Shown here: piece by piece, positions 48,377-59,005 of the stretch
Numbering within the stretch: the first letter of the stretch is position 1
How the letters are laid out: the number at the start of each line of letters is the position of its first letter
Origin: Thermodesulfobacteriota bacterium
GTDB lineage: Bacteria; Desulfobacterota; QYQD01
Assembly: GCA_040755415.1 (NCBI GenBank)
Contig: JBFMAZ010000082.1
Location: 66,296-130,295, forward strand
Direction: 5' to 3'
DNA: 64,000 nt
Made by a program: the position numbers and the translations under genes
Notes under the pieces: generated by a model
The model's input: the letters and a program-made list of their open reading frames with translations, nothing else
Databases searched by the model: none
What the model was told of the DNA's origin: nothing

Positions 48377-48417
48377 TTTCCTGCGTGCTTTCCAGCATTA
48401 CAGTTAGTTTCCATCCG

Positions 48418-48503
48418 AAAATCCCCCTGTATCCCCCTTTTCCAAAGGGGGATTTCAATATTTTCCCCCCCCTTTAGCAAAGGGGGGGCTGGGGGGATTT
48501 GGC
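48418..48503. repeat. MITE-like palindromic element (family 1), copy C, intergenic between cdaA and folP.
   Basis: AAAATCCCCCTGTATCCCCCTTTTCCAAAGGGGGATTT...TTTTCCCCCCCCTTTAGCAAAGGGGGGGCTGGGGGGATTT, flanked by CCATCCGAAAA / TTTCCGGATGG inverted repeats. Confidence 0.7.
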
Positions 48504-48523
48504 AGTTTCCGGATGGACACTAG

Positions 48524-49399
48524 TTAATGACTGACTACCGTATGCTGAATGCTGCCCTTCCGGATGGCCTCTACTATACGGACCGTGCGTACGGCAGAAC
48601 GTACATCATGTACCCGCACTATATGTGCGCCCTCCCAGACACCCACAGCCACTACGGCCTGCGTAGCCACATCTCTTTCCCAAACGTCGATATCCAATAT
48701 CTTGCCGATAAAACTCTTGCGTGACGGCCCGATCAGGATCGGCCGCCCCAGTTCCTGAAAGGCAGAGATAGACCGAAGAAGCATTAAGTTGTGATCCGCG
48801 TTCTTGCCAAAGCCGATGCCGGGATCGAGTATAAATCTATTTCTATCCATTCCCCTTGTCTCGGCCCAGGCCAGGCGTTCACGCAAAAAAGCCATTACTT
48901 CCCCCACCACATCGTCATAATAAGGCCTTACCTGCATGTCCTGTGGCATTCCCTGCATGTGCATAAGGATGGCCGGGACTTGATGTTTGAGTAGCACATC
49001 AACCATGGCCGGGTCATAACGCAGCGCCGTAACATCATTGACTATGTCCGCGCCGGCAGAAACGGCTGCCCCGGCTACTTCGGCCTTATAAGTATCTATA
49101 GAGAGCAGGACATCCCATCGCTTTCGGATAGCCTCTATCACAGGCACCACCCGGGACAATTCTTCCCGAACGGGGACAGGCTGCGCAAAAGGACGGGTGG
49201 ATTCTCCGCCTACGTCAATGATGTCCGCCCCGGCCCCGATCATATCTTCCGCGTGTTTAAGGGCAGCATCCGGCGCCGTATAACGGCCGCCGTCAGAAAA
49301 GGAATCCGGCGTGACATTGAGTATGCCCATTACATAGGTCTTTGCGCCAAAGGACAGCGCCCTGCCCTTGCAGACCAATGTCAAACCCTGTTCACCCAT
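48524..49399 (-). CDS. folP: Dihydropteroate synthase.
   Basis: MGILNVTPDSFSDGG motif. The ORF-track start at 49483 lies inside the inverted repeat of a family-2 element, so the internal Met at about 49399 is preferred. Confidence 0.8.
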   Translation of the reverse strand: MGEQGLTLVCKGRALSFGAKTYVMGILNVTPDSFSDGGRYTAPDAALKHAEDMIGAGADIIDVGGESTRPFAQPVPVREELSRVVPVIEAIRKRWDVLLSIDTYKAEVAGAAVSAGADIVNDVTALRYDPAMVDVLLKHQVPAILMHMQGMPQDMQVRPYYDDVVGEVMAFLRERLAWAETRGMDRNRFILDPGIGFGKNADHNLMLLRSISAFQELGRPILIGPSRKSFIGKILDIDVWERDVATQAVVAVGVWEGAHIVRVHDVRSAVRTVRIVEAIRKGSIQHTVVSH

Positions 49400-49478
49400 G
49401 ATGACCGTCTTAAAGAAATACCGGAAACCTAAACCCAATAAATGTAAGGAAGGTTCTTTGTTATAGGCAACGTCACCG

Positions 49479-49657
49479 GTCATTAGTCATTAGTTAGCGC
49501 TCATCCGGCTCTAGGCCGACCGTAGGCCGGAAGCTATCGTTTCCGTCTTCACGCTTTCAGCGGTCAGCAAAAAAACAACAAATAGCGCCTTAAGCTGAAT
49601 GTTGATAGCTGAGTGCTGATCGCTTCTGTCAGTGACAAATGACTATTGACTAATGAC
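49479..49657. repeat. Intergenic inverted-repeat-flanked element (family 2) between folP and ftsH.
   Basis: Terminal inverted repeats GTCATTAGTCATTAGT ... GACTATTGACTAATGAC. Confidence 0.6.
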
Positions 49658-49680
49658 ATCCGGCAGAAGTGGATCCGGCG

Positions 49681-51492
49681 TTAAGCTGCTGTTGGTTCTC
49701 TTTTTCCGTTTAATCCTAAGATCTTGTCGATGTCTTCCGCATCCAGAGACTCCCGCTCCAATAAGGAGTTGGCCAGCTTATGCAGGGACTGGATATTCTC
49801 GTGTATAATGTCTTTAGCGCGTTGATAACTTTCCGTTACTAAGCGCTTAATCTCTCCATCGATCCGGACCGCTGTTGCCTCGCTATAATCCTTGTGTTGG
49901 GCTATCTCCTTACCCAAAAAGATATGCTCTTCCCTTTTACCAAAAGACAGCGGCCCCATCTCTTCGCTCATGCCCCAGTTACAAACCATCTTACGTGCCA
50001 ATTCGGTAGCCCGTTCAATATCGTTGCCGGCTCCGGTAGTAAACTGCTTTAAAACAAGCTCCTCGGCCGCCCGTCCTCCCAGGAGGATGACGAGATTATT
50101 AATCAGATAGTCCTTTTGATAGGTATGCCTCTCATCGATGGGTAGTTGCTGGGTAAGACCAAGGGCCCTGCCGCGGGGGATAATGGTTACCTTATGGATG
50201 GGATCAGCCCCGGGCAGGAGTTTGGCTACCAGGGCATGGCCGGCCTCATGAAAGGCGGTTATGCGTTTTTCTTCCTCCGTGATGATCATACTGCGCCTCT
50301 CCGTGCCCATCATGACCTTATCCTTGGCCTCTTCAAAATCAGACATCTGGAGTTTTTCCTTATTCTTCCGGGCTGCGAGCAAGGCGGCCTCATTGACCAT
50401 GTTTTCCAGATCCGCTCCGCTGAAGCCGGGCGTGCCCCGCGCCAGGACGCTCAAATCCACATCACCGTCCATGGGCATATTTCTCGAATGCACCCTCAAA
50501 ATGCCTTCACGGCCGCGGACATCGGGCGTGGGTACGACCACCTGCCTGTCAAACCGTCCGGGCCTAAGCAAGGCCGGGTCAAGGACATCCGGCCTGTTGG
50601 TGGCCGCGACGATAATAACCCCCTCGCTCGACTCAAACCCATCCATCTCAACGAGAAGCTGATTGAGGGTCTGCTCTCTTTCATCATGGCCTCCTCCCAG
50701 TCCGGCGCCCCGGTGGCGGCCCACCGCATCGATCTCATCGATGAAGATAATGCACGGGGCGTTTTTCTTCCCCTGCATAAAGAGGTCGCGCACCCTGGAG
50801 GCACCCACACCTACAAACATCTCCACAAAATCGGAACCGCTTATACTGAAAAAAGGCACCCCGGCCTCTCCGGCTATGGCCTTGGCCAACAAGGTCTTCC
50901 CCGTCCCCGGCGCTCCCATGAGGAGCACACCCTTGGGAATCCGCCCCCCGAGACGAGTGAACCTCTTGGGATCTTTCAAAAAATCGATGATCTCGGCCAG
51001 TTCCTCCTTGGCCTCATCTATACCCGCTACATCAGCAAATGTTGTCTTGACATTCTGGCCGGAAAGAAGTCTGGCCCGGCTCTTGCCGAAGGAAAGGGCC
51101 TTGCCGCCCCCGGCCTGCATCTGGCGCATAAAAAATATCCAGCCCCCTATGAGAAGCAGCATGGGCAGCCATGAGATAATCAGCGTCCAATACCATGGGG
51201 ATTCCTCCGCCGGCTTTGCCGCTATTTTGACGTTGGCCTGTCGCAGAATTTTAACCAGGTCAACATCCTTTGGGGCGTATGTCTTGAAGGCCCGGCCATT
51301 AACATACTGCCCATGGACGCGCTCTCCCTGCACCGTTACCCGCGACACCTCTCCCTTTTCCACCTTATCCAGAAAGTCGCTATAGGTTACCTCACTGCTA
51401 TCCTCTCCCGGACGATTGAAGAATTGAAACAAAAGGATCATTACCAGGCCGATAATGAGCCAGAGGGATAGATTCTTATAAAACGTATTCAA
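49681..51492 (-). CDS. ftsH: ATP-dependent zinc metalloprotease FtsH.
   Basis: N-terminal TM helices, AAA Walker [15 protein letters not shown] zinc site. TTG start with GGAGGA RBS. Confidence 0.9.
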   Translation of the reverse strand: MNTFYKNLSLWLIIGLVMILLFQFFNRPGEDSSEVTYSDFLDKVEKGEVSRVTVQGERVHGQYVNGRAFKTYAPKDVDLVKILRQANVKIAAKPAEESPWYWTLIISWLPMLLLIGGWIFFMRQMQAGGGKALSFGKSRARLLSGQNVKTTFADVAGIDEAKEELAEIIDFLKDPKRFTRLGGRIPKGVLLMGAPGTGKTLLAKAIAGEAGVPFFSISGSDFVEMFVGVGASRVRDLFMQGKKNAPCIIFIDEIDAVGRHRGAGLGGGHDEREQTLNQLLVEMDGFESSEGVIIVAATNRPDVLDPALLRPGRFDRQVVVPTPDVRGREGILRVHSRNMPMDGDVDLSVLARGTPGFSGADLENMVNEAALLAARKNKEKLQMSDFEEAKDKVMMGTERRSMIITEEEKRITAFHEAGHALVAKLLPGADPIHKVTIIPRGRALGLTQQLPIDERHTYQKDYLINNLVILLGGRAAEELVLKQFTTGAGNDIERATELARKMVCNWGMSEEMGPLSFGKREEHIFLGKEIAQHKDYSEATAVRIDGEIKRLVTESYQRAKDIIHENIQSLHKLANSLLERESLDAEDIDKILGLNGKREPTAA

Positions 51493-51602
51493 AAAGTCCT
51501 CCCTGCTTTTACATTAATTATAAGATTACGTTATTTTCTCACGGTCTTAACGTAAGGAAAAATGCCATATTTTGCAAGCAAAATATATGCCTTCCGTCTT
51601 TT

Positions 51603-53015
51603 TCAGTCTAATGAAACCCTGAGTATCTGTTCTGTTTTTTCGGTAACTTTGAACCGTTCGTCAACCCGCCATCCAAGTATCCCTATAATCTGACCGTCCT
51701 GCTCAATTATGGGGATTTTCGACCTGAGAGGCCGTGGTATTTTCTTGTTAATAAAATAGTCCTTGACCTTTTGACTGCCGCCCAGGCCGTCTGGATAAAA
51801 CCGGTCGCCCGGCCGAAAATTACGCACTACCAGGGGGAAAAAGATTCGCCCGTAATCAAAACAAGAGGCGGGGTGCGAATTTTCATGGAGAGAAGGCCCT
51901 ACCCCCACTACTTCGAGGGAGACCGATTGTCCGATCCCCGGCAAAAAATACCTCCCCAGGCCGTTTATCTCATATGAGAAATCTCCGGGCATCTCCGCGA
52001 TCTTCTTCCGGCTAAATCTCAATTCCTGATAGATCCTCTCTACTGTTACCCCCCCGGGCAGGGAAATCTTTCTATAGGGGCCGTCTCTCATGGCCAGGGA
52101 TTGAACGGATTCCAGGTGTCTGAAACCGATGTCCTTCAATCTTGTCCCGCTTAATTCAAGGCCCTTTTGCATGACCCTCATCTGAATCGGCCATGGAATT
52201 TCCTGATAACGCCTTAAATCCAGCGTTATCACCTGCCCCTCCGGCCCTTCGTCCAAGTTAACGAGGTCCGTCCATACCTCCTCGGCCATACTCGCCAGCA
52301 GGCCCTCATCCTCCCGTAGTATAGAAGCAGTCTGAAGCAGGATTCGACGGATACGCGGGTTAAAATTGGCCTCCAGCACGGGTAGTAAATCATGCCGGAT
52401 ACGGTTCCGCAGGAAACCACGGGCCTCGTTTGAACTATCAATCCGAAAAGAAAATTTATTGGCCGTTAAATAAGATAAAATATCGGCTCGCGAGACATCA
52501 AGTAAGGGTCGCACAAAAAGACCCTCCCGGATAAAAGGCATGCCGGATAGCCCCCTAGCCCCGGCCCCACGAATCAGACGCAATAAAAATTCCTCGGCCT
52601 GGTCATCGGCCGTGTGGCCTAGGGCTACTTTTCGCGCCCCTGTTTTTTTTGCCGCTTCTCGCAAAAACTTATAACGAAGTTCGCGGCAGGCCTCTTCCAG
52701 TGAAAGCCCTTTTTGTTTCTTTAACGTAAGGACATCACCCCGGCCCAAATGAAAGGGCAGGTCGAGTTCTTCGGCCAGATTTTGGACGAAAACGGCGTCT
52801 TCGGCAGATTCTGTCCCGCGGAGGCCATGATCGAAATGAGCCACAGAGAGCTGGAACGGGCGGGCTTCTCTTAATTCGCACAGGAGATGGAGCAGGGCCA
52901 CCGAGTCCGGGCCGCCGGAGACCGCCGCCACCACGTTATCCCCGGCACAAAACATGCCGTATCGGTCCACCGTCTTCCGAAATATGGATCTTAAGGGTAC
53001 CTGTTTCTCTTTCAC
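51603..53015 (-). CDS. tilS: tRNA(Ile)-lysidine synthetase.
   Basis: PP-loop SGGPDS motif, 470 aa. Confidence 0.85.
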   Translation of the reverse strand: MKEKQVPLRSIFRKTVDRYGMFCAGDNVVAAVSGGPDSVALLHLLCELREARPFQLSVAHFDHGLRGTESAEDAVFVQNLAEELDLPFHLGRGDVLTLKKQKGLSLEEACRELRYKFLREAAKKTGARKVALGHTADDQAEEFLLRLIRGAGARGLSGMPFIREGLFVRPLLDVSRADILSYLTANKFSFRIDSSNEARGFLRNRIRHDLLPVLEANFNPRIRRILLQTASILREDEGLLASMAEEVWTDLVNLDEGPEGQVITLDLRRYQEIPWPIQMRVMQKGLELSGTRLKDIGFRHLESVQSLAMRDGPYRKISLPGGVTVERIYQELRFSRKKIAEMPGDFSYEINGLGRYFLPGIGQSVSLEVVGVGPSLHENSHPASCFDYGRIFFPLVVRNFRPGDRFYPDGLGGSQKVKDYFINKKIPRPLRSKIPIIEQDGQIIGILGWRVDERFKVTEKTEQILRVSLD

Positions 53016-53100
53016 TTAGGTTAACTATAATCTTTTTGCCCGATGCTGACAAGGGGGAGATTCTTTGATTTTACCGCAGAGATCGCGGAGAATGCCGAGA

Positions 53101-53191
53101 TACAGTAGTCAGTAGTCCGTAGTCCGTTGCAACTGACAACTGACAACGGACAATAAGTGCCCGGCGGTGAAAAGGCCTTCTTATGAGAACG
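53101..53191. repeat. Family-2 repeat copy (AGTAGTCAGTAGTCCGTTGCAACTGACAACGGACAATAAGTGCCCGGCGGTGAAAAGGCCTTCTTATGAGAACG).
   Basis: Closely matches the copy at 62173-62278, including the GGTGAAAAGGCYTTYTTATGARMAC tail. Confidence 0.6.
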
Positions 53192-53207
53192 TCACTGTCG
53201 GCAAATT

Positions 53208-53237
53208 AAAAAGCCGGCATATCTTGCCGGCTTTTTA
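53208..53237 (-). terminator. Intrinsic terminator of the tauE-DUF1634 operon.
   Basis: Perfect hairpin AAAAAGCCGGCA-TATCT-TGCCGGCTTTTT, immediately downstream of the DUF1634 gene stop on the minus strand. Confidence 0.65.
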
Positions 53238-53262
53238 GAAACATTGTTACAACCTTATGCCG

Positions 53263-53691
53263 TTAATGTCCACCGGCCGCAATTAAACCTGATGCGGCCG
53301 CGGCCAGGACAATGACCTCAAGCAGGGCCAGCACGGCATAGACAATGTCCTTTTTCTTCAGCAAGGTGGGGATGATGGCGGCATAACAGATGATCGTTAC
53401 ACCGGCCAGAAGGACTATGCCGATGAAGTTTAGAAAATCACCCTTACCCAGTTGGGAGGCCCACCACCAGCCCGGGGTAATATTAGCTACATGGAGGTAA
53501 TCATGGACATTCATAGACCAATATCGACTCAAGTCTCCTACCGGTACATATGGTTCAAGGATACCCAAGAGATACACAACAAAGGTTACAACCAGGATTC
53601 CCAGCCCTACAAGCATGCCCTTTTCAAGGACACCGGCATATACCACTTGTTCCCCGGATGCTCCCGGTTTCTTTATTTCTTTTGCTCCCAT
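53263..53691 (-). CDS. DUF1634 membrane protein, partner of the TauE/SafE transporter.
   Basis: 142-aa hydrophobic protein directly downstream of the TauE/SafE gene, which is the canonical DUF81-DUF1634 pair. Confidence 0.65.
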   Translation of the reverse strand: MGAKEIKKPGASGEQVVYAGVLEKGMLVGLGILVVTFVVYLLGILEPYVPVGDLSRYWSMNVHDYLHVANITPGWWWASQLGKGDFLNFIGIVLLAGVTIICYAAIIPTLLKKKDIVYAVLALLEVIVLAAAASGLIAAGGH

Positions 53692-53716
53692 TAGGACGTT
53701 GCCTCCTTAAGTCTCA

Positions 53717-54667
53717 TTAAAAAAGTTTTATCCCTAATCCCTTGGTCAGGGCCTTGATTCCGGCAAAGGCCAGGATGCCGATGACCATCCAGCGGATGAA
53801 GGCGGGCTTGGCCTTGGCCAAAATCTTAACCCCGACAAGAGATCCCAGCATGATGCCGATCAAACTCGGAACTACCATCATCGGTATGACACAGCCTTGA
53901 TTCAAATAAATCCACGCAGCCGAGGTGTCGGTGATGGATAAGAGGAATTTGCTCGTGGCCACGCTGATCTTGAGCGGGGCGCCCATCATAAGATTGAGCA
54001 CCGGCACATTCGCCCAGCCGGCGCCGAGACCAAACATACCGGCCATGACACCGATAACAATAAAGGTGGCCAGCCCCAGAGGCGTCCGGTGTACGCGCCA
54101 CTCGATATCCTTGCCGGTGCTCTCCTCGCGATATATGCCTGTGATGTGCAAGGCGGTGGACAGGGCATCGGGGTTCCTGACCTCGGGAAATTCAGATTTC
54201 TTGGCGGTGAGCATGATAACACAAATACCAAGAATCGTTGCCCCCAAGGCGGTCTGGACAACGTTCGTGGGAAGGGCCAGACCGAGCATGGCTCCCACTA
54301 TGGCACAGGCAGAGGCGATTATCGCCACCGGTATAGCCAAGCGCAGGCTAGCCATGTTCCTCTTGAGGAGACCGGGCCCGGCGGCCAGGGCTCCGGAAAG
54401 GGCTACCAGCAGACCACACCCGCGCACGAAATCAAGGTGAAAAGGGAAAAATCCGCTGATGATCGGGACGAACAATACCCCGCCGCCGACACCGCCCAAG
54501 ACAGCGACAATCCCCATGACAAAAGTGACCACCAAAAGGATAATCGGCCACTGCCACCATGGCCCGCCGGCGTCCGCCGCCGCGTTCGGATCAACTGCAG
54601 CCAGCGCCGGACCTATCCAGAGAAAGACGAGTAAAAAAACGGCAATTGGAAGCAAGTATCGTTTCAT
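53717..54667 (-). CDS. TauE/SafE (DUF81) family sulfite/anion exporter.
   Basis: 316-aa polytopic membrane protein with two Gly-rich TM repeats. Confidence 0.75.
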   Translation of the reverse strand: MKRYLLPIAVFLLVFLWIGPALAAVDPNAAADAGGPWWQWPIILLVVTFVMGIVAVLGGVGGGVLFVPIISGFFPFHLDFVRGCGLLVALSGALAAGPGLLKRNMASLRLAIPVAIIASACAIVGAMLGLALPTNVVQTALGATILGICVIMLTAKKSEFPEVRNPDALSTALHITGIYREESTGKDIEWRVHRTPLGLATFIVIGVMAGMFGLGAGWANVPVLNLMMGAPLKISVATSKFLLSITDTSAAWIYLNQGCVIPMMVVPSLIGIMLGSLVGVKILAKAKPAFIRWMVIGILAFAGIKALTKGLGIKLF

Positions 54668-54959
54668 TTTGCATCTCCAGTGTTGTAAAATTACAATATG
54701 CCGATTTTATAAATGAATTGTTCTTCAATGTCAAGTATGATTTGACATCTGTCGCTTTTTTGTGTCAAGCTGGAATAGAAAGGCCCGCTTTTTATGCGTG
54801 GGCCTGCTGATGTTTCGGCATTACAATTTACAACTTTTTTGTTGACTTTTGAAACGCAATATTGGAAAGTTCTCTATATCTGGAAGAACAGACCGGGCTT
54901 TTTTCGGACGTGTATCTTAAGTATAGTCTACTAACGTTGAAAGGGAGGTTACTTACGTT

Positions 54960-55835
54960 ATGAAAAGCGAGGAGACTATCGTCACTACTTGTAAGTTGTG
55001 CCCACTGAGCAGACACGAAAAAATACTCGTGGCCACAGATGGGTCAAAGTATAGCGAGAGGGCCTTGGATGGGGCGGTGAATATAGCCGGAAAGTGCGGA
55101 AGCAGCCTTTATGTCTTAAACGTGATCGAACTAAATCCAGAGTTCATGGCCCTGGCCCCTAAGGCCGTGGAAAAGATGGAGAAAGATTCCAGGGCCCTGC
55201 TGGAGGGTATAAAGGAACGTGTCTTCCAAAAAGGCATAAGGTGTGAAACCCTGGTTCACGAGGGTGAACAGCCCTATGAATTCATTGTTGGCGAGGCAAA
55301 GAAAAAAAAGGCGGATGTTATAGTTATAGGGAGCCACGGGAAGACCGGCCTCAAGAGGCTGCTTATGGGCAGTGTGGCCGCCCGGGTTATCGGCCATGCG
55401 CCATGCCCAGTAATGGTCATCCCCCTCAAGGGACCGGTAGGTCTGAAAAATATACTCGTGGCCACGGATGGTTCGGCATACAGCGAGTCTGCCGTAAATG
55501 AGGCCATAAATATTGCCGCATCCTGCGGCAGCAATCTTAGCGCAGTATGTGTAGTTAAGGGCGAAAGACCGGCAAAATATAGGACCGAAGCAGAAAAGAT
55601 TGTGGATAAGGTCGTAAAGGGCGCCGCCAAATCCAATATCCAGGCCGAAGGAATAGTCCGGGAAGGCGAGCCCTATGAGGTTATAGCGGATCTGGCCAGA
55701 GAAAAAAAGGCCGACATTATTATCATGGGCAAATACGGCCGGACCGGACTGACCAAGCTGTTAATGGGAAGCGTCACCAAAAGGGTTATCGGCCATACCC
55801 CCTGCGCAGTGCTGGTAGTCCCGGAAAGTGTATAA
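54960..55835 (+). CDS. Tandem-domain universal stress protein (UspA family).
   Basis: Two Usp domains, each with ILVATDGS...VIGSHG...GSV motifs. Confidence 0.8.
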   Translation: MKSEETIVTTCKLCPLSRHEKILVATDGSKYSERALDGAVNIAGKCGSSLYVLNVIELNPEFMALAPKAVEKMEKDSRALLEGIKERVFQKGIRCETLVHEGEQPYEFIVGEAKKKKADVIVIGSHGKTGLKRLLMGSVAARVIGHAPCPVMVIPLKGPVGLKNILVATDGSAYSESAVNEAINIAASCGSNLSAVCVVKGERPAKYRTEAEKIVDKVVKGAAKSNIQAEGIVREGEPYEVIADLAREKKADIIIMGKYGRTGLTKLLMGSVTKRVIGHTPCAVLVVPESV

Positions 55836-55876
55836 CCGTTTTATAGTTATTGCGCCGGCAAGTAAATATATAAAAA

Positions 55877-55957
55877 TGTCATGCCGGGCTTGATCCGGCA
55901 TCCAGTTCCTTGCTGGATTCCCGCTGAAGTTTATCCGCCGCAGGCGGGCGGGAATGA
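55877..55957. repeat. Family-4 palindromic repeat (GTCATGCCGG...GCTTGATCCGGCAT...TGGATTCCCGC...GCGGGAATG), copy 1.
   Basis: Homologous in inverted orientation to 60851-60988. Confidence 0.55.
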
Positions 55958-56035
55958 CGATCGAGGAATTAATCAGAGTTTTCTATAAGGTTAATGGATT
56001 TGGGTCTGACGAGCAGGGCACAGCGTACCGTGTCA

Positions 56036-56551
56036 CTAAAACAGGAATGCCCCCAGGATGCCGGACCCGATGATAATGAAGGTCGGGTCTATCCTGGTAA
56101 AACTGATAAGGCCGAAGCTCACGGCCGCAAAAGCGCCTAAGGGTACGCTCGTAAGGGAACTCCTTCCCAGAAAGATGAGTACAGCCGCCAGGAGCCCCAC
56201 TACCGCCGGTTTGATCCCGTCAAATGAGCCTTTAACGATCCATGACTCTTTGTACTGGAGGTAGTGTCTCGTTACCAGAGTGACAATGATGATGCTCGGC
56301 AGGTAGCTGGCCACCATGGCTACGATCGCCCCAGTCAGACCTCCGACCTTGAACCCCATGAAGGCGTTCATGACCGTAAGCGGTCCAGGCGTCACCTGGC
56401 TGATGGCTATGGCATCGATGAATTCCTTGTTCGTCAGCCAATGGTGATTCTCTACCAACTCTTTTTGAAGCAACGGCACCATGGCATATCCGCCGCCGAT
56501 AGTAAGGCCGTTTATCACAAACAAGATAGCAGCAAGCTTCAGTATTTCCAT
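56036..56551 (-). CDS. chrA: Chromate transporter ChrA, short-chain CHR half (C-terminal type).
   Basis: CHR-domain motifs ISQVTPGPLTV; 171 aa. Adjacent to the second half-gene. Confidence 0.75.
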   Translation of the reverse strand: MEILKLAAILFVINGLTIGGGYAMVPLLQKELVENHHWLTNKEFIDAIAISQVTPGPLTVMNAFMGFKVGGLTGAIVAMVASYLPSIIIVTLVTRHYLQYKESWIVKGSFDGIKPAVVGLLAAVLIFLGRSSLTSVPLGAFAAVSFGLISFTRIDPTFIIIGSGILGAFLF

Positions 56552-56552
56552 T

Positions 56553-57119
56553 TTAGCGCCTCCAGTTGAGAATCAGGCCGAGGACACCGGCCGCCAGGAT
56601 GATGCCAATGGGGTTAAGCTTAAAGACAGCCAACGCGCCAAAGGCGCCAACTGCCAATGCCGCGCTCTTATAGCCGGTGATCAGCTTCTTTGCCATCTTA
56701 TATATGATAGACCCCAGGAGTCCGACCACCGCTGCGGCCACACCCTTCATTACCGACTGGAGCAACGGATTGTCTTTCGCCTGGAGGTAGAAGGCCGCCA
56801 GTATAATGGCCAGTACCGTGCCGGTAAAGGCCTGTCCCAAGGTAGCTACCATTACCCCGGGAAGTCTGTGCAACTTGTAACCGATACAGATACCCGTGTT
56901 GACGATGGGCGGCCCCGGGGTCATCTGGCCGATGGCAAAGCTTTCTATGAACTCATCATGGGTAATCCACTTACGCCGTTCGACCAATTCGCGTTCGAAA
57001 AACGCAATCATGGAATAAACGCCGCCAAAGGAAAAGGTACCTATTTTGAAGAAGGCCAGGAAGATATTCCTGAGGGATGTCACAAGGCGCTCCTTGTTTG
57101 ATTCGTTTGCTTCCGCCAC
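56553..57119 (-). CDS. chrA: Chromate transporter ChrA, short-chain CHR half (N-terminal type).
   Basis: FSFGGVYSMIAFFE...IGQMTPGPPIVN motifs; 188 aa. Confidence 0.75.
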   Translation of the reverse strand: MAEANESNKERLVTSLRNIFLAFFKIGTFSFGGVYSMIAFFERELVERRKWITHDEFIESFAIGQMTPGPPIVNTGICIGYKLHRLPGVMVATLGQAFTGTVLAIILAAFYLQAKDNPLLQSVMKGVAAAVVGLLGSIIYKMAKKLITGYKSAALAVGAFGALAVFKLNPIGIILAAGVLGLILNWRR

Positions 57120-57133
57120 AGGGCCGCCGCGCT

Positions 57134-58015
57134 CTACTTCACCAGAAGTACGGGCTGGGCGGCCAAGCGGACGACCTTGCCGCTGACCGAGCCTATCAGG
57201 GCCTCTTTGATCATACTGCGGCCAAGGAAGCTCATAGCAATGAGCGAAACGTCCTCTTCATCCGCCACCTTCATGATCTCCTGGAAAGGCACACCCTCTC
57301 TTAGCAGGGTCCTGGCCTTCAGTCCCGCTGTTTCAAATTCGCGTCTGATGTCGTCCAGCCGGCCCGCATCGATCCGGTTGAACTCTTCCATCCGCGCAGC
57401 CAGGTGCGGCCGCAGTTTGCCAACGTCCTGCACATGGAGCACCACCACCTCCTCTGCCCCGGCGGCTTTAAGGTGTACAATGTAGTCTTGGACCCTTTTG
57501 GCCGGCACCGAGAAGTCGGTCGGATAGAGGATTTTGGTGAACATCCTCCGGGACATGAACTCGCAAGCGGCCTTACCGGCTACCTCGATAGTCCTGAACT
57601 TCTCCACCAGCACCGGCACCGGGCTATGGCGGAGGACGTTTTCTGTTGTGCTGCCCAGCACCATCTCTTTAAGGTAGCCCTTACCATGTGCGCCCATGAT
57701 TATGAGCGAGACATCCTCTTCCCGGGCCGCCTCAATAATACTGAGAAAGGGTGGACCGCTCTTGAGCAGGCCCCTGGTCTGGAAGCCCAGCGCCGCCAGC
57801 TTCCCCCTGGCCTCTTCTAACTTGCCCGCGGCTTCTTGTCTCCATCGGTCAAAACCTTCCAGATCCAGCCAATCGGTCAGGGGTCTCAAGTCAATCACGT
57901 GCACTACGACAACCTCCTCGACCCCCGCCCCCTTCAGGTTGCCCAGGCATTCTAGGGTCTTCTCGGCATGTGCTGAGAAATCAGTCGGAAAAAGAACCTT
58001 CTTAAACATAAGCAT
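57134..58015 (-). CDS. Tandem-domain universal stress protein.
   Basis: Two Usp domains (MGAHGKGYLKEMVLGS, SFLGRSMIKEALIGS). Confidence 0.8.
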   Translation of the reverse strand: MLMFKKVLFPTDFSAHAEKTLECLGNLKGAGVEEVVVVHVIDLRPLTDWLDLEGFDRWRQEAAGKLEEARGKLAALGFQTRGLLKSGPPFLSIIEAAREEDVSLIIMGAHGKGYLKEMVLGSTTENVLRHSPVPVLVEKFRTIEVAGKAACEFMSRRMFTKILYPTDFSVPAKRVQDYIVHLKAAGAEEVVVLHVQDVGKLRPHLAARMEEFNRIDAGRLDDIRREFETAGLKARTLLREGVPFQEIMKVADEEDVSLIAMSFLGRSMIKEALIGSVSGKVVRLAAQPVLLVK

Positions 58016-58040
58016 CCTCCTTGCCGGTATTTATATTGAA

Positions 58041-58157
58041 CGTCATTTGTCAATAGTCATTTGCCACTTACAAAGGTCACAAGTTGCAAAAGTTACAAGT
58101 TTCAGGTTTGTAACTTCTGCGACCTGTAACGATCCTCTTTGACTGATGACTAATGTC
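58041..58157. repeat. Family-2 inverted-repeat element (GTCATTTGTCAATAGTCATTTG ... TTGACTGATGACTAATG).
   Basis: Terminal inverted repeats seen directly in the sequence; the internal GTTGCAA...TTGTAAC motif is shared with other copies. Confidence 0.55.
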
Positions 58158-58219
58158 CAGTGAGGTATTTTCTCCTTATCCGGGACCATTCGTGGATGAA
58201 CGGATTTAGGACCTCAGCC

Positions 58220-58666
58220 CTATCGCCGTCCTGGCACGTCGTGGATGCCCAGGCCGCCGCCCCGGAACTGCTGGACGATCACTGCATGGAACTGGCGCTG
58301 CTGCTCCAAGGTAAGAATTTCATTTTCCTCGATAATATGCGCGATAACCTCCTGCTCTAGTTTGAGCTGAAGACCCGATATCTCCTCCACCGCCGCCCTG
58401 ATTTTCTCGCGATCCAATGGAGTGGAGAAAAGCAGATCGGCCAGATGCATCCTGCAGCGGCGCAGCTCATGCCGGATTCCAGCTACGCGTGGCAGAAAAC
58501 CCTCGCGTATCTTTTCAACCTTGTGCCTTTGATCCGCGGTGAGGTTTATCAGGTCGAGATAGCCGCGTATCTCTCGCTTACACCACTTTTTGACCCCGTA
58601 AATGGTGCCGCAGGCAGCGACCGCCCCGAAAAATATGCCGACGAGAAATCCTTTTAGCGAAACCAT
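58220..58666 (-). CDS. Periplasmic LTXXQ-motif protein (CpxP/ZraP/Spy-like metal or envelope-stress sensor).
   Basis: N-terminal signal/TM segment, LTADQ and LTLEQQ motifs; 148 aa. Downstream of the ECF sigma/anti-sigma pair. Confidence 0.6.
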   Translation of the reverse strand: MVSLKGFLVGIFFGAVAACGTIYGVKKWCKREIRGYLDLINLTADQRHKVEKIREGFLPRVAGIRHELRRCRMHLADLLFSTPLDREKIRAAVEEISGLQLKLEQEVIAHIIEENEILTLEQQRQFHAVIVQQFRGGGLGIHDVPGRR

Positions 58667-58668
58667 AC

Positions 58669-58992
58669 TCAGTCCCTCCTCGAACCAAAGAGAACTGCCC
58701 CGAAGGAGTCCGGAGGGAAATCCGAGAATTCATCCAGGGTTCCGCTCCAGATAAAACATCTGCCCAACATATCCTTGATGTCTCTCCAGGATGTTTGCCT
58801 CCCCTCCTCCTTCACCTTCTCCAGCACCCGCTCAGTGAATTCGAGCCCGGGCTCAAGCCCCTGGGCCTCACCTAACAGGTCCCAGAGGGCAAGCTCTCCC
58901 CGGCAATCAGCGCAGACTTCCAGGTGCGCAGCAAATTCTCTGTCTTTCCTGCATGCCTCGATCATTGTTCTTGCCTTTTTGCATTCCATCAT
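58669..58992 (-). CDS. Zinc-finger (zf-HC2-like) anti-sigma factor.
   Basis: HLEVCADCRGE HxxxCxxC motif, 107 aa, immediately downstream of the ECF sigma factor. Confidence 0.6.
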   Translation of the reverse strand: MMECKKARTMIEACRKDREFAAHLEVCADCRGELALWDLLGEAQGLEPGLEFTERVLEKVKEEGRQTSWRDIKDMLGRCFIWSGTLDEFSDFPPDSFGAVLFGSRRD

Positions 58993-59005
58993 CTTCTCCT
59001 ATACA

